A stretch of DNA of 64,000 nt from Lama glama (taxonomy: Eukaryota). Position 1 is the stretch's first letter; the number at the start of each line of letters is the position of its first letter. Below, piece after piece: positions 1-15,231 of the stretch. The translations under genes and the position numbers were made by a program. Below the pieces are notes generated by a model. It had not been told where the DNA came from. It saw only the letters and a program-made list of their open reading frames with translations, and did not search any database. The stretch is taken from positions 13,704,001 to 13,768,000 of the forward strand of contig CM052818.1 of the NCBI GenBank assembly GCA_028534125.1, read 5' to 3'.

Positions 1-190
1 ATCTGGGGAGTTGACCCTCTCTGTCAGCTAGGTATCAACTACAGGCAGCCTCTTTAGCTAAATTTACAAAGAACTTTATATACCAATGGCCATTCAACAC
101 CCTATCACAGGGTTTTTGAGGGTTAATTACATGTGAGAAAGTAAGACATTCTTTACAGTGTTTATGTATTTATATTATTCAGAAAGTTCA

Positions 191-319
<129 letters not shown>

Positions 320-737
320 TCAATAATACAATTAAAAAATATTCTAGGTTAATTTTGAATAATTCACTACTTAAGGAATTCAAACACATTAGTTTAAAAA
401 ATTTACTGTCTACTATATCGATAGTAAATCACAGATTCTATTTTTCCAAAGTTTTTAAGATGTTTCCAGCATTATTCATCTACTTTTTGAGGTTGGTAAA
501 CATTCTCATTTTAAATCATGCAGTGCTATGAATAACTAGTTTGGTTAGAACTTTGAACTTAAGAAGCGGGTTCAAACCTAGGCTTCACTCTTACTACTCA
601 CGTGACCTTAACCAAGAAACCAACACCTACTCTAAGAGAAATAAAACCACTGGTACTTTTTCACTGAAAATAATCTAAAAATAAAATTGTAATAATATCA
701 CTACAAGATACGCCTGAAGCAGCCACAATTCAGTTTA

Positions 738-776
738 CTGGTATATCTCATTTTATTGCGCTTCACAGATACTGCC

Positions 777-807
<31 letters not shown>

Positions 808-2862
808 TCAAGGTTTGTGACAGACATTGAGCAAGTCTACTGGCACCATTTTCCAACAGCATTTGCTCACTTTATGTCTCTGTATCACATTTTGGTAATT
901 CTAGCAATATTTCAAACTTTCTCATTATTATATTATTTATCATCATCAGTGATCTTTGATGTACTACTGTAAATGTTTTGGGGCACCACGAATCACACCC
1001 ATATAAGACGGTAAACTTAATAATTAAAAGCTGTGTTTTAATGGCTCCACCAACTGGGAGTCAGTTGGTTGGTTGTCGGCACAAAAGTGCTACTCCAGTG
1101 AACGCACAAATGACAAGAAAGTGAAGCAACCTTATTGCTGATATGAAGAAAGTTTTGGTGGTTCGGATAGAAAATCAAATCAGCAACAATGTTCTCTCAA
1201 ACCAAAGCCTAATCCAGAGAAAGGCTCTAACTCTTCAATTCTATAAAAGCTGAGAGAGGTGAGGAAGCAACAGAAGAAAAGTTTAAAGAAAGCATAAGGT
1301 GGTTCATGAGGTTGAAGGAAAGATGTCATCTTCGTAACATAAAAGTACAGAATGAGGCAGTAAGGGCTTATGTAGAAGCTGTGGCAAGTTATGCAGAAGA
1401 TCTAGCTAAGATAATTAATGAATGTGGCAAAACTAAACAGCAGATTTTCAATGTAGTTGAAACAGCCTTCTCTTGGAAGAAGATACCATCTAGGACTTTC
1501 ATAGCTACAAAGGATAAGCCAGTACCCAGGTTCGAAGCTCCGAAGAACAGTCTGACTTCTTAGGGGCTAACGCAGCTACTGACTTAAAGCTGAAGCCCAT
1601 GCTCATTTACCATTCTGAAAATTATAGAGCCCTCAAGAATTATGCTAAATCTACTCTGCTCGTGCCTTACTAATGAAACAACAAAGCCTAGATGACCGAA
1701 CATCTATTTACAACATGGTTTACTGATTATTTTAAGCCTACGTGTTGAGACTTACTCCTCAGAAAAAAAAATAATTGCTTTCAAAATATTACTAGTCACT
1801 GATAATACACCTGTTCACCCAAGAACTCTGATGGAGATATACAAGATTAATGTCATTTTTATGTCTGCTAACGTAAGATCCATTCTGCAGACCATGGGTC
1901 AAGGAGTAATTTCAACTTTCAAGTTTTATTCTTTCAGAAATACATTTTGTAAGGCTATTGCTGCCACAGATAGTGATTCCTCTAACAGATCTGAACAAAG
2001 TCAATTGAAAACTTTCTGGAAAGGATCACCATCTATATGCAGTTAAGAACACTCATGATTTATGGGAAGAGTTCAAAATATCAGCATTAACAGGAGTTTG
2101 GAAGAAGTTACTCCAACCCTCATGGATGACTTGCAGAGGTCAAGATTTCAGTGCAGGAAGTAATTACAGATGTGGAGAAAATAGCAAGAAAACCAGAATT
2201 AGAAACAGAGCTTGAAGATGTGCCTGAATTACTACACCCTAATGATAAAACTTGAACAGATGAGGAGCTGCTTATTATGGATGAGCAAAAAAGTGGTTTC
2301 TTGAGATGGAATCTACTCCTGGGGAAGATGCTGCAAAGACTGCTGAAACGACAAAGGATTTAGAATATTACATAAATTTAGTTGATAAAGCAGCAGCCAG
2401 GTTTGAGAAAACTGACTCCAATTTTGAAAGAAGTTCTACTGTAAGTAAAATGCGATCAAACAGCACTGCATGCTACAGGGAAACTGTTCATCAAAGGAAG
2501 AGTCAAATAATGCAACAAACTTCACTGTTGTCTTAATTTAAGAAACTGCCACAGCCACCCCAACCTTCAGCAAAAATCTGATCAGTCAGCAGCCATCAAC
2601 ATCAAGGGAAAACCATTCACCAGCAAACAGATTACAAACACTGGGGGCTCAGATGATGGTTAGTATTTTTTTAGCAATAAAGTCATTTTTAATAAAGGTA
2701 TACACAGTTTTTTCTAGACATAATGCTATTGCACAGACTACAGCACACTGTAAACATAACTTTATATGCAGTGGGAAATGAAATATTTGTATGACTTATT
2801 TTATTGCTATATTCACTTTACTGCGGTAGTCTAGAACTCACAGCATCTCTAAGGTATGCTTG
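738..2862 (+). mobile_element. Tigger1 (TcMar-Tigger) DNA transposon, near full length with an internal deletion and a decayed transposase
   Basis: TA-flanked TIRs (CTGGTATATCTC...AAGGTATGCTTG); ORFs at 1306, 1831 and 2306 are Tigger1 transposase fragments. Confidence 0.92.
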
Positions 2863-4109
2863 TATTTCCATTTCTAAAACGGGATACTATATTTAAACCA
2901 AAGAAATCACTTAAATTTCAGAAAGAACTAAGTAAACTGATAATTCATTTTTCCTTAAAAACAGATGAAAATTCAATCACACATAATTTTTTAGGCAATT
3001 CTTGGATACCTAAATCAAAAGCCCCTATATGCTGAGTGATGGATACATGACAATTATTATTATTATCAGCTCTAATTTTGTGTGTTTGAAAATTTCCATA
3101 ATAAAAAGTCTAGAAAAATAAATGCCCCTAAAACATGTTATTATTCAAGAAGCCTAATATAGTTTACTTATAAATCAGAAAGTTAGTATTACTGTCTTAT
3201 GATAGCAGTTTTGAACTGGTTTGTGTTCTATACCTTTACATTTAAAAAATCTTTATTAATATCTAGGAATTTCATCACCATTTACTAAAAGGAGATTTAC
3301 TCAAAGATACATAAATCCTCTCTAAATCCTAAAAAATCTCTCTTCCACTCTTCACTGGGTACCTTGGAGTAAAATAGGTTCTTTTCAGAGACAGTGAATG
3401 ATACAAGAATGTATCATGGTGACTGAAGGGAAAAAAGGAAAATGACTTTCAAGTGATTGAGAAATTAGTTTATATTAGGTTTCCCTCTCGCTTCAGGGAG
3501 ATGTGGGAAAACATGGAAAAAGAGACACCTAGGAAAGAGGAGAGGAAAAAGTAAATATTAGCTTCCCTCACCTCAGCCAGATACACGTTTTAATTTATCC
3601 TGAGGAAAGATCAGGCACTTTATGGAAACATTTCTTAATGAAAGAACAGCATGAATGCATTTCACAGGAAATGTGAAACTGAATCATTCTGCTTCAAGCT
3701 GCCAATGTTAAAGTGTACAGGGGACCCTCAGCAGCAACTGCAACTGCTGTTTCAAAACAGTAAAGAAACCAAGGAGAGTGGGGAAATAAAATATTTTTTA
3801 ATTTTCTTTTATTCAGAAAATGAAGGAGAATTTCTATAAGGAATTCCCCCAAATATGAATGTTACTACAGTTTTTTGGAGTTAATAATCTCATTCTTCAC
3901 TGGGAATGTAAAAGGAGGTCATGGATGAACTATAAAGTCAATAAAGCTACAAAATTAATTATAAGTGCTCAGAATTGCTACGAAAATATGAATACTCTAA
4001 GGAACTATGTAGTTCTACCTAAGCTTAAACTTTAAATAGCAAAACCTAGGTATACACTGAAGGGATAAAGGAATGAAATACTTCTATTGTTAACATGTTT
4101 TGCAGGCAC

Positions 4110-4161
4110 CTGCTTTTTCCTCTTCCTTTCTTCCTCCTGGTCATATTCTTCTTTTGATTTT
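4110..4161 (-). CDS. CFAP36: CFAP36 coding exon 6 (RKSKEEYDQEEERKRKKQ)
   Basis: tttcag| acceptor, CAG|gtgcct donor, 52 nt, phase 2 to 0. Confidence 0.95.
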
Positions 4162-4499
4162 CTGAAATATATAAAAATAAAGTAAAATGTCTCTTTTGGT
4201 CAAAGAATAAGTATTCAACAAGCAACATGTGAGCGTAAGCTTACAATGCGTACAAGGGATTTTGGAAACAAGGATGGAAATAGCTTTGCTTAAAGCAGCT
4301 TACAATCAACTGAGAAACAAAGAGATAGGCATAAACAGCATAATATAGTCAGTCACATAAAATACGGGTTTACCTATTTCCTCTGACAATGTGAATGACC
4401 CCTAGCTGAACAAAGACCAACAGGTTTGAAATCCCAAACCCAATCTGAACGGCAAATCCCATTAATACAGACTGTGAGCTCTTTCTTTACACAGATCAG

Positions 4500-4617
4500 T
4501 AACACTTCTCCTGATAAGATCCACTTCTCCCCTCGTTCTAGTTTTTCCATGTCATCTGAGCTACCACAAGGCTCTCCTGATGCCATTATGCCAAAGCCCT
4601 GTCAGCTTTTGTAAAAT
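4500..4617 (-). other. Probable decayed tandem duplicate of CFAP36 exon 5 in intron 5
   Basis: SDDMEKLERGEKWILSGEVL vs exon 5 [19 protein letters not shown] (10/19 aa identical); ttag acceptor at 4618-4619 is in phase 2 but followed by an in-frame TGA. Confidence 0.5.
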
Positions 4618-5746
4618 CTAACAGTACAATGTTGATCAATTTTCAAACCACCAATCAACCAACAGAAGCAACCAGTGTAAGTCAAACTTTACCAGTCCTC
4701 TAAACCCATTACTGAATAGCCTTAACTCTTCAAACGTGTAAACTCAAAGCATTCTATGTTGTCTCAGGCTCCCATTTGACCCTGCCGTGGAAAGGAGGAT
4801 CACCCACATATTTGCCTCCCTCCCCACGACCACTCAAGTCCCCTGAAATTAAGCACTAAGTCCTACAGCTCCTTCCATAGTTCCCCACTAGGCCCATTCT
4901 CCTAAACCACCATCCTGCCTATCCTTCCTTTTGCTCCAGAACTGAGGACAAGGTGGGTAGGTGGGAGGACCGCAGGATGCTGGAAGACGGTCATGCATGT
5001 GGTGACAGATGGAGAGGAAGGGCTCCCAAAACCCAAGGCCCCACTCTGCAGGGGACAGAGTAGCTGCAGGTATCCTTTAGTCCTAAACCTAAATGTATAT
5101 TCCCACAGATTCAATCAGGTGCTGCAATTGCCCCTCCCTTCCAAAACTCCCATAGGGGTCAGGAGACAACGAGCCCAAGAAAAAACAAATTCCCCTTTAA
5201 TGAGCTGCACACCCCATGCCAGGAATTTGGCTGAGAATCATGCAACTGAGTCAGGAGAGGGACCAGCATGACAATCATCTGGGATAGGCACCTCCCACTG
5301 TCCTCTTGCAGGTTACCTGCCACCCAGTCAGCTATTTGTTCTGTGGAGCTGGATGTCCAGCCTCCTACTGTGAGACACCTGGCATGAGCCTCCTCTATTA
5401 CTGAGATCCAGAAGCCATAGAGTTTCCTGCTCAGCTCAGGCCACTCCACCCTTTTCCAGGCAGATGGCTGGGTCTACTGCGTCTTGTTCCCATTGATGGC
5501 TAGTTTCCTACCCCCATGATGGAAGTGGAGGAAAACCCTCCCATCTGGGCTGATCTGGTATGAGTCATCTGAAAACAATTTTTTCTGTCCATTTAGAAAT
5601 ATAATACATATAAAGTTATTAACAAGTAAAATAATAAATCATTTTCATAGTATTTAGGAGAGAATTTAGATTATTTTACTAGCTCACAGTATTTTGGGGG
5701 TAAAAAGCATATATACAGATCATATTACAATATTACTAATAATTCA

Positions 5747-5863
<117 letters not shown>

Positions 5864-8747
5864 TCAAAACCAAAGACCACACAGAGTATCAACTCCAATT
5901 GAAAACATTTATTTCTCATTATTCTAGTTCATCAAGAAGTACAAATTAGTTAAATAAGATCTATCACTTAAAGAATGTTCTAAGCTATTATCTTTTTAAC
6001 TATGGTCTTTTGATTTTTTCTTATTTCAGGGACACAGTCCCACCCAAAAAACATAATGTTACCTAGAAGTGTCTCTTGGTAATTATTTGTATTGCCTATT
6101 TAAAATAACAGTAATAGTATATGGCAATAAAAATTAATATAAGCTATTATCTTCCATAATCATATACTACACAGGATACACCACTGAAATCATTAAGCTC
6201 CTAATCATGAAATTATGCTCTCAAAAGTATCCCTTAAATGAGAAAAGTTTACTAAACAAAATATGAAATACTCTGTTAATTGAAATAGCATGTTAATATT
6301 CTTCAGTCACACTACAACAAATGCTACTAAAAGAGCCCTGCTTACTACATGCAAAAAAGCATGATGCTAAGCACTTAAGGGGAATATAAAAATGAATAAA
6401 ATAATCTCTGCTCTCAGAGCTTATACTAAGATATTGGGCTAGTAACTATAAACCAGGGCAATACCAAATTTGGCTCAAAACAAATAATTCAGGGCAAGTA
6501 ATTTTAAGTATTGGTTTCATTTACTTTATTACCTATATCTTCCTTTGATAAGCAGGTAGACTGGTAATAAGTGTTCTGTTTTTATCTATAATTATTAGAC
6601 TCCCAAAACATTAACAGCATGTCTCTCAATTTTTACCTTCCACTTCTTTACTCACATATGACTATGGGATTTTGGGTCTTCTTTAAATTAAAGTAGCTTT
6701 ATTATTCTAATTCCCTGGGTGTTTAAATGCATTTTTAATCCAACTTTTTATTTTGAGATAATTGCACATTCACATGCAGTTGTAAGAAATAATACAGAGA
6801 TGCTATACACTTTTCAGTTTCCCCCAATGGTTACATTTTACAAAACTATAGTACAGTATCACAACCACAAAACTGACATCTATACAACCCATTGATTTTA
6901 AGCGCATTTTTGCTCAGTAAAAACTATACAACTAGTATTCTATTAACCTAAGGAAAATTTTAAAAAGTAAGTAAAACTAACAGTACACAATACTTCAAAA
7001 CCATCAAAATAATGTTCTGATTTGCATTTTCCCCAAAATCTTTGATAAAATACAACCAAGAATCCAGAGAACCTTTGAATTTTTCTCACAGAAAGACAAT
7101 TTTCAAAAGGTCTGCAGTTTTGAGTACAATCAACATTGCTTTAAGGTACTATTCCCTGCATTTACATTAAGCAAAAATCTTAAACACAAGTATTAAAAAT
7201 TCCATGGCAGAAATTAAGTATTAGTTTATATTTAAATATAAGCAAACTGTCCCACACTGTGGTTTGACAGCAGCCACATCATTCCCCTCGTCCTCCCCTG
7301 CACATATAATCCATGTGTATGCAGTTATCAAGCAGCAAGTACTTAGGGGCCCTACCCCACCTTACAAAAGTGATTCACGCCTCAAGCCAATCATAACGGT
7401 CTCATTCCCCTGCCAGAGGGCATGTGACCCCAATCGAATCAATAGGACCTGAAGGCAAAACTCCTGGGGGGCTTCCATGAAAGTGCTGTCTTGCTAGCAA
7501 AAAAAGATGTGTAGGAAGAAACAGCCCTTTTCATCATGAGACACTGTTGAGTCTAAATTCAATGCAGAGAGTGATCATGAAAGAAGATCCTGAGAACGGC
7601 AGAGTATAAAGATGGAAAGTGTCAGGGTCCTTGATAACATCACTGAACCATCAAATTAACCAGCCATGAACCTGTCTTTCTTCCTTTCCTTCCCCTGAAC
7701 CTCTTGTTCTGTGAGATGACAATTTCTTATTGCTTAGGCCATTTTCTTTGATGTATTCCGCCAATGGCAGCCTGAGGCACCCAGCTGATACTAGTTATAT
7801 GTATCTGTTCCCTTTTTATTGAAATTTAAATGAGTTTCCAGTTTATTCCAAACTGAAAACTAGACTGTCAATATCAAGTTCACTATTTCTTTTATCAAAA
7901 CTGATCCCCCAAAACAATTTTAAATAACACAAAATAATAATTCAAATTCTCTATCTTATACATCAGAATAAAGCATAGTTTCAGGAAATGCAAGAGAAAA
8001 GGATTTTTATGTAAACCACAGTAAAAGAACAAAGAGACTGTTTTCCAAGCTTATTTACACCAAAGCAATAGCACAGTGCCAGGCGTCATTCAGAGTTAGG
8101 GTGATGTTATCTCCTACCCACAGACAACAGCTCTCTAACCTGTTGGGAAAAGGATTTTAGGATTTTAGGGAATAGTTACGATGGTGGTTGGCTCTAAGGG
8201 ACAGAGTCTCTACTCTTATCAGACAAATGAGAAGAGACTCCACAAGGGCCCTGCAGCATGTTAATGTTTGCCCTGTAACAACAGAAGCCCTATTGTCACA
8301 TGTTCCAGACCCTTAAAAGCAAACAGTACAACTAAACTATAGCTCTCATTATCTTCAAGAAACAATCAAAGAAAAGGCCCTGCTGTCAAACCATTAGAGA
8401 GTACATAGGCGTTGTAAAGAACATTAGTGGCAATCTATTGAGCAAAGGAACACATAGGTATAAAGATTACCAGAGTCAGAAAGGTGCAACCAAGAAAAGA
8501 ATCTGGATTGAAAACCAGACAGTACAGTAACAAAAAGTATGGTTAGGAACTCGGATGTTTTGAGTCAAGGTGTGAAATATAGTTCAAGTACACAAGAAGG
8601 GAACCAAAGCAGTAAGAGCTAGAAAGAAACTGAGTTTAGGCACAGAATAAGGGAAAAGACAAAGCCAAGATGGGTTACTAGAGCTTTGGCTGTTGTTTTC
8701 TCTTCCACCAGATGGTGGCGCTATCCTACCTGCCCGTTGCCCTAGAA

Positions 8748-8899
8748 CAGCAGTTCTCACTCCGTCCCAGGATCAGCAGCTAGGGACTCATTAAAATGCA
8801 AAGGTTTAGACTACTGGATCAGAAACTGGGCGACAGCCATATGTGTTACAACAAGCCCTTCAACTGCTTCCAGTGCTCACTGAAGTTTGAGGGCCACTG
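8748..8899. mobile_element. MER5A-like hAT-Charlie element
   Basis: CAGCAGTTCTCA...AAGTTTGAGGGCCACTG termini. Confidence 0.7.
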
Positions 8900-9239
8900 T
8901 CTCCTACAAAGGTCCTAAAAATAAGCCAGAAGGAGAAAAATAACCACCTTCTTGCAACAGAAATTGTAACTGTGACCACTCAAAAATAATGAATTTCATA
9001 AACACAATGGCTAGGCAGGAAAATCAAGCTCTCCGAAATCTAAAACATTAAATCAAATTCTGGGCTGCTTACTTTGAGATGTCAAACAACAATGATCAGG
9101 ACATTTGCACTCTTATATCTCTTAAGTCAGCCATAGACTTTCAAACTTAAAATAAATTTATACAAGGCAGCTACGTTAAAGATCTTCCTTGAACCAGAAC
9201 AGTCAAAACTGCCACCAAAAAAAATGCATTTAGCACTTA

Positions 9240-9398
<159 letters not shown>

Positions 9399-10029
9399 TT
9401 AAATGAAGATTCATGTTTTAAATCTATTTCCCACACACTCAAATCACTTCCATTGCAAAAGATTCATTAATTCAAGAATGCTGCATTATTATTCATGACT
9501 AGATGACTCAAAAAGACAATTTTAAGATTTTATTTTAACGGTCTTTAAAGTAGGAAAAAAAGATGGAAAGCTTCTTTTCCCTTAAATTCAAATATACTGT
9601 TCAAAAGACCCAAGGCAGGGAATGGCAAATAGACTTCACCTGTCTTTAACTGAAAGTTGCAGCCCAGAGACCAGTACTGACAACGATTGTAGGCAGCCTC
9701 TGAAATAGAGTAGTTATGTCTGGTTTGACAGGGCCCCTTTATGGGATTACACCACCACATAACTTTGTTCTGGGCCTTCTTAGATTTTGTATTAGTAAAA
9801 TCAAGTGCTCTCCTCATCACTAATAAACAGCTGAAGAGCACTGCTGTTGATGGCAATGTGTCAACTAGAGCTATCAGCAAGTCAGTTATACTATAGAGCT
9901 TCTCAGAGTGTGTTCTTGACCCATCAAAGAAATGCAGGAAAGAAATGCATATTCCTGAGCCCTGCCCTAGACATAATTAATCTAAATTTCTGGAGGATGG
10001 GTGCCCATATATCTCCCTAGATAATTCTT

Positions 10030-10086
10030 TTTTTTTTTTTTAGTATTTTTATTTAAGTATAGTCAGTTTACAATGTAGTGTCAATT
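10030..10086 (-). mobile_element. Tiny 5'-truncated L1 3' end with 18-bp TSD, inside a MER5-like element
   Basis: TSD TCTCCC(T/C)AGATAATTCTT at 10012-10029 and 10087-10104; poly-T. Confidence 0.8.
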
Positions 10087-10989
10087 TCTCCCCAGATAAT
10101 TCTTATAGCATTATAGTTCAAAAACCATTGATATACTGTGGGGGGGAAAATTAGCCCTTAAAATCAAAGCCTACTTCCAGCTTAACCATGCACCAGCTGT
10201 GTGATTATCACACTTATCACTTAGTCTTCTGGGCATCAGTTTCTTCACCTGCAAATTAGTAAAAATAACAGTAATAGTAATACAGTATTTTGTTGATTCT
10301 AAAACTCCATAGATCAGCAAAATAAAACATTATTTCATGTACTGACAAGGAAAAAACCCTGCTAATTAAATTATAACATGTCATCAATGATAATATGCAT
10401 TCCCATTTCAGAGATACGATGAAAACTTTCCACTTTAGAATAAAGGAAATACAGTAGTAACCTTCTGGCTGGATGATGGAATTAAACAATGTGAGAAAGC
10501 ACTTTTTAAATTGAAAAGTCCTATAAAAGTAACTGGCCCTTTTGAGGCTGGTTAAACATCAAACTGGTGTGCTAAACCTAAAACTTTACAGCAGTTGGGC
10601 TCTTCTGGTCCAAGGAAATGAACCACCCCTTTCCTAGGAGTTTCCAATACGGGCAGTTAGAGGAACTAAATACAAGAGTTACTCCAAAAAGCTAGCAAGT
10701 GGTTTAAAAACAACAATCTTAAGTATCCTTTAAATTAATTGAAATGGCAAACTACTTTGAAAGAAGACTATGAGGTAAAGCAAATATGATGTTATCTATG
10801 TTTGAGAAAAGCACATTAACAAAAACATGAGCATTGAGTCTTACAGAATCTGACTTAGATGAATTTTAAAAACATCCACACATGTTCACACTTAGCCTAA
10901 AGTTATTATCTCTGCTTAGAGTTAATCACACCATAGTTTCAAAAAGTACAAGTGATTCCAAACTTTTACGCTGCTCCATTAATAGAACC

Positions 10990-11390
10990 AAAACGAGAAA
11001 TAGATGAGTTCACTATATAGTTAGAAGCTTCAGTAATGGAAAGATTCAGCGGGCAGAAAATCAGTAAGGACATAGTTCAACTGACTAGCACCTTCAATCA
11101 CCCAGATCAAATTGACATTTCTCCAACAACAGAAAAATATACATTCTTCTCAAAGTTCACATGGAACAGTCACCAAAATAAGACAACATTCTGGGCCATA
11201 AAACACACCTCAATAAATTTAAAAGAACAGGAATCATACAAAGTATACTCTCAGACCCTAACAGAATTAAACTAGAAACAGTAACAGAAGATAACTAGAA
11301 AAACCTAAAATATTTGGAGATTAAGCAACACACTTTCAGGCAGCACATGGGTCAAAGAAGTAGCCTTAAGAGAATTATAAAATCAACTGA
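10990..11390 (+). mobile_element. Old L1 ORF2 endonuclease-region fragment
   Basis: RQKISKDI...YTFFS-type L1 ORF2 remnants. Confidence 0.8.
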
Positions 11391-11722
11391 ACACAACTGA
11401 ACTAATAAATATATCAGTATTTATTATATTTATCTGAACTCTTTAGAAGGACATTCTAATTCACAAGCACATTTTGAGAAACCACACATATACTGCTCTT
11501 AAAACATGCTCTTAAAAAGTTCGTTGTTGCTTTTAAACTAAAGTTCTTCAACTGTTGCATTCCTTGCTACTCCTGCTGATTTTAATATACAAAGAGTATG
11601 CCAGAATCAGTAGTCTAGGGCTAATGATGACTAAACCAGGCAAAAAGAATTTTGCAAGTTGGCTTTAGCAGCATAATTCAATGAGAGGGGAACTGGTTGC
11701 TATTTTAAAAATTCAAAATCAT

Positions 11723-11858
11723 GGGGGAGTGTATAGCTCAGTGGTAGAGTGTGTCTTAGCATGCACAAGGTCCTGGTTCAATCCTCAGTACCTCCATTAA
11801 TAAATTTAAAAAAATTTATAAACCTAATTACCTACCCCCTTCTCAGAAAAAAAAAAAA
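11723..11858 (+). mobile_element. tRNA-derived SINE (camelid Vic-1-like)
   Basis: GGGGAGTGTATAGCTCAGTGGTAGAG A box, GGTTCAATCC B box, A tail, TSD ~TCAAAATCA. Confidence 0.85.
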
Positions 11859-14299
11859 TCAAAATCAGACCAAAACAAAATAAAACTACATCCTAAGTTA
11901 CCCTGGGCAATTGGTTTCTTAAATTCATTCTTAGGTATCTCTATATCAGCATAATGGAATCAGCATTCTGATCTTCATTTATAAAGATTAGATTATTGCT
12001 GTAAAGCAGTAAATGACATGCTTTGGGCTGTTTTCTGATAATAGTTATGGCCTTGCGCTGATTTATTTTGCTATCAGTATCTGGGGCAAAGAGTGCTCCA
12101 GAAGAGAATAAAGCTAACTAGTCCACATGGGGATTGAATACATGACCCTGGCCTAATTAGCACCCTGCTAATCAACCACCAAAATAGCTACCATTATTTA
12201 AGAGGTGCTTCCATTTATAGACCACCTTATATGTGTCAGGTATTGTGCTAAATGCTTTATGAATATTTAGGAACATTATCACTTAAAAATCACAAAAATC
12301 TCTCAAAGTAAATACTATGCCTATTTTATAAATGTAGAAACTGAGAATCAAAATGGATAAGAAAGGAAAACTAAAACGACTTTGTCCATGGTAGATGAAA
12401 GATCTAGGACTCAAATCCAGATCTGTCTGTGCCAAAAGGCTTGCCCCTTTGTACATAACAAGGCTGCACTCTCATCAACTCCAAATCAAAAGGTGTTGTA
12501 TAATAGAACAAAAGAGAAAGATGTGTAGCTCTTGATCTGAAAACAGTATTTTAAATTCTGAACATCTTCATTCACAATTTAACACTATTCTGATAATGCA
12601 AACAACAGATGAATGTGTCTACTGTTACTGTGAATATCTTTTTTCACAAAGAAATTCAGATTCATTCATAATGGCTTAATTAAGAGACTGATAAATATTA
12701 ATCACAACAGAAAATATTCCTGAAAAACAAGGAAAATAAAACAAATATCAATGTCTTAAAAGACTTTAAAGTACTAGTTAATAATTTTCAATAAATTCTT
12801 CCTATTCACCTGAAAATAAGAAAATAATGCCTATTATTATTCCTTAAACTAAAACTATGGTACACACAGAAGAATAAAAGCTATTGGTAAACTATAAAAC
12901 AACTTTTGCTTTATAGAATTATTAACTAATGAAATCAGATGTTTGTTTACATTACTGTGGGCATACCAATAACATTTAAATTTTTTGTAAATGTCATGTT
13001 ATATTAAAGATTTTCTATCTCTAGAATGAGAGGTGACCATTAAATGAACAGAAGTTGTGCAAAAGAACTGTAGAAAGAAGTGCTGAATTAAACAGTAGTC
13101 AAAGCAATCTCTTCTAGGCCACAATAAGAAGGTAATTTAAACTAACTTTCTGCTAGGAACTAAGTTCTCATCTCTGTGCTAGATGCAGGGAATGCAAAGA
13201 TACTAAAAAGAACCCAAAGGACTTACTATCTATATCTACTAAAGCAAACAGATTGGTAAAAAACTATAATACAAGGCAACCGAACTGAATTGAAGATGTA
13301 AAAGTGCTCAATGAGGTAGAATGAGTGCTAGTCTGACTAGAGGGATGAGGAAAGCTGCATTTCAGCAGGATTTCTCTGGGTAAGGAAAGGATGAAGGGGT
13401 AAGGAGGTAGAGGCTAAACCTTCCAGGCTAAGGGTATACCGTGAGCAAAGGCAGGTGCACGGATGCTTACAGGAGCAAGTGACCTGGAATGACCACAGTA
13501 CATAACGTATTGGAGAACTACAGCAGGAGAAGACTGAACATATAATTTGGGGTCACATCATAGACAATCCTCACTATCATCTAATGAAGGAATTATAGTT
13601 TGTTTGGTAGAAGATGAAAAGCTAAAGCAACCTCCTGGGAAGCTAATTGGGTGGTAGTAACATATTCCTAAACTCAACCTCTGAGCAAGGGCTGTCAGTT
13701 GGAGTGCTGGGCTGGTACTCCAGCTCTACTGTCTACTTAGCTGTGGACTTTGCACTAGTTGCTTAATATATCTGTGCACTGGTTTCCTCATGTTAAATGG
13801 AAGTAAAATAATACCAATTTCTTAAGGGCTGGTGGGAAGATTAAATGAGATAATACATGTCAAATGCCTAAAATAGCAACTAGCACGAGCCCTCAGTAAA
13901 TATTAGTTAAAAATATGCATAATACCTACTTCAATCCAGCACTGAGGAACTAATGAAACAATAAAATTAGTACCAAGAGAAGGAAGCCCCAGGAACTGTG
14001 TACTGTGGATCTCCTAAGATTAAAAAAGGGGCAACTGCAAAAATGTCTGAGATCTATACAAATAAAACACTAGTTTGGATAAAGCCTGTGATCTACTATA
14101 TTTATGAGTTCAGAAAGTTTCTTTGTTTTAGCATCAGTTCATTAATGCCTCAAATTATCATTTCTCAAGGTAATTATAAAAAAAGAACATGTGATAAATT
14201 GGCTTTCGCTCCTACAATATCTAGAATATTATACTTTGACAATCAAACATAGCAAATTTGAGTGAAACCCTGGTCCATTTTTGTTAAAACTATGTATTA

Positions 14300-14425
<126 letters not shown>

Positions 14426-14983
14426 CTAAAAAGAGAAAGTTTAACTTTTATAATTTACACAGAAAAATTCCAAATGAGTTTTTATATTGAGTTTATAAAA
14501 GTATAATGAAATGCTTGTTTGCAATTATTAATCTACATAAAGTTAATTACCTGGCAGTGACAATGTCTTTCACAGAAAAAACAAACAACAAAAAATAAAA
14601 ATTTTTGCAGAGAATCAAGGGAAAGTTTCTTTCCTCTACTAGAAATAACTGAAGTCAAAATTATAAAGTTTGATATAACTCTTTGGCTACCCAGAGGCAT
14701 TTTTTAAAATCTCAAAACAACATGACTAAATTAATAATTAGCCCTTCACTGGATGCATTAACAGAAGAATAAGAGTAAGAATAAAATTTAAAGATCAGAT
14801 GCAAGATCCCTTAAAATGGTTGTCCTAAATCCATTCTAGAGTTATTAAGGACGAGATGCACAGGTAACCCTTGCAGCCTGACACAACTGGTAGTACAATT
14901 AGGGTAGACTGAATTTTTTTAATTAAAGAATTTTAATGGAAAAATCAATTTTTTTTAATTTAGAAAAGCTATAATTAATATTA

Positions 14984-15133
<150 letters not shown>

Positions 15134-15231
15134 TCATTAATGCAAATATGAAAGTCCACTCCTTACATCTTACAAACAGAAGAGACAAAGAAGAATAGAA
15201 GAAACACTCTCATTCATATAAACCAGCTCTT

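Noticed and set aside
1306..2536. ORFs resembling a TIGD1-type domesticated transposase
   Set aside because: Fragmented by stops and frameshifts within a TIR-bounded Tigger1
11723..11795. tRNA-like sequence (also at ~34765-34829 and ~38460-38527)
   Set aside because: Followed by a SINE body, A tail and TSD; these are SINE heads, not tRNA genes
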